A DNA stretch of 64,000 nucleotides from Octopus bimaculoides (lineage: Eukaryota). Both the position numbers and the translations under genes were made by a program. The stretch is taken from positions 12,286,441 through 12,350,440 of the forward strand of contig NC_068987.1 in NCBI RefSeq assembly GCF_001194135.2, in the 5' to 3' direction. The notes under the pieces are model-generated. The model was not told the DNA's origin. It saw only the letters and a list, made by a program, of their open reading frames with translations, and searched no databases. Positions 60,136 through 64,000 of the stretch are shown here, one piece after another; position 1 is the stretch's first letter, and each line of letters begins with the position of its first letter.

Positions 60136-60850
60136 AAGAACAAGTAGAAAGATAAATTTTATTCAACGCATAGATACTGAACAGTATAGATATAAAGGAT
60201 AAAATCCTTTTTTCTTTTTAAAAGCAGAAAAATCTGTCGATTATTATTATTATTATTATCATTATTATCATTATTATCATTATTATTATCGTTATTATTA
60301 TTTATTATTATTATTATTATTATTATCATTATTATTATTATTATTATTATCATTATTATTATTATTATTATCATTATCATCATCATCAAAGCTGGCAGGC
60401 TGACAGAAATGTTTGTACCAGTTGGCTACTGGCAGTCAATGTAATCGACTTTTCTCACCCCATCCCCCTCCTGAAATTACTGTCCTTGTGCCAAAATTTG
60501 AAACCATTATTAAGTATATGTAATGATATGCATATCCTGTGAGTTGACCTGAGAGAATGTGCTTGAAGCAAAGAAGTTTGTAATATAAAATTTCATTGAC
60601 CTCTTAAAAACATACTTGCTGTGAACTTTATTTTTGTTTTAGTGACTGTGTCTCAGTCCAATCAATCACACCCTTCTCTCAAAACTAGGAAAGCTAAGGG
60701 AAAGAAGTATTTGCAGTCAGCTCATAAATCTCTGTTGAAGGATTTAAATGCTGCTGTATGTTGGTTTAAGTTATTTACAGAGCCAGGCGACACCAGGGAC
60801 TTGTTGCTGTGAGTACACACACACAAACCCCAAAGTAAGCATAGTATATA

Positions 60851-60854
60851 TCAT

Positions 60855-60895
<41 letters not shown>

Positions 60896-61295
60896 GCAGC
60901 ATTTAACGTCTGCTTTCCATGCTAGCATGGGTTGGATGATTTTACTGGGGACTGGTGAACCGGATGGCTTGGCTACACCAGACTCCAATCTGATCTGGCA
61001 AAGTTTCTACAGCTGGATGCCCTTCCTAATGCCAACCACTTCAAGAGTGTAGTGCGTGCTTTTTACATGCCACTGGCACGAGGGCCAGTCCGGTGGTACT
61101 GGCGACGGCCACATTCAAATGGTGTTATTTACGCGCCACCTGCACAGGAGTCAGTCCAATGTTTTGTTCACATGCCACCAGCACAAGTGCCAGTAAGGCG
61201 AATCTGGAAATGATCACGCTCAAATGGTGCTTTTTATGTGTCACTGGCATGGGAGCGAGACCACTGCTCTGGCAGTGATCCCGCTCTAGCAGTAT
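60851..61295 (-). mobile_element. RTE-tail family C with about 60-bp internal array; tail converted to (CAT)n(CAG)n
   Basis: Colinear with 16126-16580. Confidence 0.85.
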
Positions 61296-61314
61296 CCCAT
61301 CTTTTTGGGACACC

Positions 61315-61352
<38 letters not shown>

Positions 61353-61560
61353 GTGAAGGTGAGAAGTCAAGTGGTCAGGTGTGTAGCACTCATGATCATG
61401 AGATTGTGGGTCCAGTTCTCAGATTGCCTGCATGTTGTGTTCTCGAGCAAAACACTTCATTTTCACTTTGGTCCAGTCCACTCAGCTGTAAATGGGTGAC
61501 CCTGCAATAGACTGGCCTTCTGCTCAAGGCGAATGTTGGCCTGCTCACTTAGCCAGCAGA
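61353..61560 (+). mobile_element. SINE family D, diverged
   Basis: GTGAAGG head; TCGAGCAAAACACTTCATTT..CCAGTCCACTCAGCTG middle. Confidence 0.7.
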
Positions 61561-61690
61561 TTGCTTGTTTGTTATACCTTGTTTATCATTTTGTCCATGT
61601 TCTTTTGCCACATCATGTACCCAGTTATGTATCTATATGTACATGTAGATGAAGGTATGTACATACATATGCATATACTCATATATTGTT

Positions 61691-61732
<42 letters not shown>

Positions 61733-61733
<1 letters not shown>

Positions 61734-62287
61734 CCTGGGCTGAGGTGGTGAGGCAAGACCTTNNNNNNNNNNNNNNNNNNNNNNNNNNNNNNNNNNNNNN
61801 NNNNNNNNNNNNNNNNNNNNNNNNNNNNNNNNNNNNNNNNNNNNNNNNNNNNNNNNNNNNNNNNNNNNNNNNNNNNNNNNNNNNNNNNNNNNNNNNNNNN
61901 NNNNNNNNNNNNNNNNNNNNNNNNNNNNNNNNNNNNNNNNNNNNNNNNNNNNNNNNNNNNNNNNNNNNNNNNNNNNNNNNNNNNNNNNNNNNNNNNNNNN
62001 NNNNNNNNNNNNNNNNNNNNNNNNNNNNNNNNNNNNNNNNNNNNNNNNNNNNNNNNNNNNNNNNNNNNNNNNNNNNNNNNNNNNNNNNNNNNNNNNNNNN
62101 NNNNNNNNNNNNNNNNNNNNNNNNNNNNNNNNNNNNNNNNNNNNNNNNNNNNNNNNNNNNNNNNNNNNTCTGCCAAATCAGATTGGAGCCTGGTGTTGCC
62201 ATCCGGTTTCACCAGTCCTCAGTCAAATCGTCCAACCCATGCTAGCATGGAAAGCGGACGTTAAACGATGATGATGATGATGATGAT
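61733..62287 (+). mobile_element. 5'-truncated RTE-clade LINE (ORF C-terminus, gap, 3' UTR)
   Basis: ACC TGG GCT GAG GTG GTG AGG CAA GAC CTT = TWAEVVRQDL (RTE GRP..TW..VV..DL ending), then 406 N, then a near-consensus family C tail with (GAT)n. Continuity across the gap is assumed. Confidence 0.65.
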
Positions 62288-62294
62288 ATATATA

Positions 62295-62550
62295 AAATAA
62301 ATGCGCCCTTTTAAAGCCTAGCCAGGCTCATGGGCCTGGTTTCCTGGTTTCTATGGCGTATGTGTTCCCCCCAGCTGGACAGGACGCCAGTGCATCGCAG
62401 CGTTACTCATTTTTGCCAGTTGAGTGGACTGGAGCAACGTGAAATGAAGTATTTTGCTCAAGAACACAACACATCACCCGGTCCAGGAATTGAAACCACA
62501 ATCTCACAATCATGATGCTGGCACCCTAACCACTAAGCCACAGAGCTTCT
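62295..62550 (-). mobile_element. SINE family D, full length
   Basis: TGGCTTAGTGG A-box, GGTTTCAATTCC B-box, TGTTCTTGAGCAAAATACTTCATTTCACGTTGCTCCAGTCCACTCAACTGGCAAAAATGAG middle, GGGCGCATTTATTT end. Confidence 0.85.
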
Positions 62551-63254
62551 CAAAATAAATACTGTAACGGAAGAGTTAATATAGTAATAATTTCAGTGTA
62601 GAAGAAATCATGCATACATGTTTGCATTCATATGTGCTCAGCATTATACAATACAACTGTATATTCACAAATTAATGCAAATAAAGAAAACTTGCTCATC
62701 AGATCATAAGAGCATCTTGGCTAAATCAACAGTTCAAACTTTCATGGTGTTCTAGTGAGCTAGCTGTCTCTGTTTGCATTGATTTGTGAATATACATGTA
62801 TGCTTTTCTTTAAGGTTTATTTCAGCTCTTAACGGAGTTCAAGCTGGTCACTAACAAAACAACAAGATTTTTGAAGTTAAGAGAGTTACTGGTCTTAGTA
62901 AATATGTTGTTTAGTTGGTGTGTTGGTTGAACTGTTGATGTACTTAACCAAATGCATGCATCTAGTCATTTAAAGATTCTTGGATTGCGAATCTTTGAAA
63001 CGTCTTTCAGATTTTCATTGTGCTGCTAATGGACTGAATTTGGAGAATCCACATCAGTTTCTTTCGCTCTTTCTTTGTAAAGTCTAGCATTTCAAGGCTT
63101 TTGTGGAAATCTGTAGATACATTGCCTCTTCTAAGCCTTTATGTAAATCTATAGATACATAACCTTGAATCTACATATGTATGCGTGTGTGTGTGTGTGT
63201 GTGTGTGTGTGCATGTATATATATGTGTGTGTGNNNNNNNNNNGTGTGTGCATG

Positions 63255-63295
<41 letters not shown>

Positions 63296-64000
63296 GTAAC
63301 AGTACCTGGTATAGCCTGGCTCCAAAAATATTCTAAACAAATTACACAAGCAGTTACAAAAATAATTTAGTTTTCTTCCAAATCGAAATCCAATTGTTTT
63401 TTTGGTAACACAAAGATCTGTGTAATGTTATATTAGCATAGTATTTCAGACAAAAATTGTAAATATAAAAAATGCAGGAGTATGAGGAGAAAAATTCAAA
63501 AACGTATACACAAATAATTGCACACATTAATTTCGAGCATATCTTAATTAAAGGCCGAACATATAAAAAGGAAAATATATACAAATGAAATTATTTGATA
63601 ATTTAAAAAATTAAACAACTAAAATCATACGAAAAATATTTGTCACAGCAAATAACTGCATACAAAGCAAGAGAACTGAGAGATGATATTTTTAAATAGA
63701 AATAAATGTAAAGAACTCTAATATGATAAAATAAATAATCGTAACAGATGGTGAGGAATAGACCATAAAATAATATATAAAATATCAAATAGATTTGTTG
63801 TGTAATTCAGTAGGCGTCTGGATTCTGCTAGAATGTTTTACGTCTGTACATAAAAGGTCTCAGTAGCATATCTATAACCAGAATTAATTCCATGTTTGAA
63901 ATCTTGTAAGTCTCAGTAAAGAAATCAAATATTTTTTACTATTTTATGCTGTCTCCTGACAGGTTGCATTTGGAGACAAATTATCCATTATATAAAAGAG

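Noticed and set aside
1-64000. Most ORF-track entries (poly-HT, VC, YI, poly-D/H/I/N/Y and X-filled ORFs)
   Set aside because: They are translations of microsatellites, SINEs or N-gaps, with no coding signal.

Overview
AT-rich, repeat-dense animal genomic DNA from a gapped assembly (11 N-runs). The SINE and microsatellite repertoire suggests an octopus (coleoid cephalopod) genome; this is inferred from recalled repeat families, not from a search. Only one coding exon is secure: a minus-strand, start-codon-bearing double EF-hand exon (CDS 2037-2292) of a CRACR2A/EFCAB4B (Rab46)-like gene that continues off the left edge. The rest is intronic or intergenic and full of mobile DNA: several tRNA-headed SINE families with swapped tails, RTE-LINE 3' ends, a Dong/R4-type LINE stump inside a (TAA)n tract, TTAA-flanked piggyBac-type MITEs, mariner and hAT MITEs, a nearly full-length mariner transposase fossil split by a retro-insertion, and a probable Helitron N-terminal fossil. 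No rRNA, true tRNA gene, CRISPR array or prokaryotic system is supported. The best leads are: a string of splice-site-bounded mini-exon candidates (including a 6-nt one) upstream of the EF-hand exon; a 240-bp direct repeat bracketing that exon; a 250-bp near-perfect palindrome; a CpG-retaining domain at about 24.6-32.6 kb; and several nested transposon relationships. Family letters (A, B, C, D, E, G, H) are my own labels. All coordinates and counts were done by hand.
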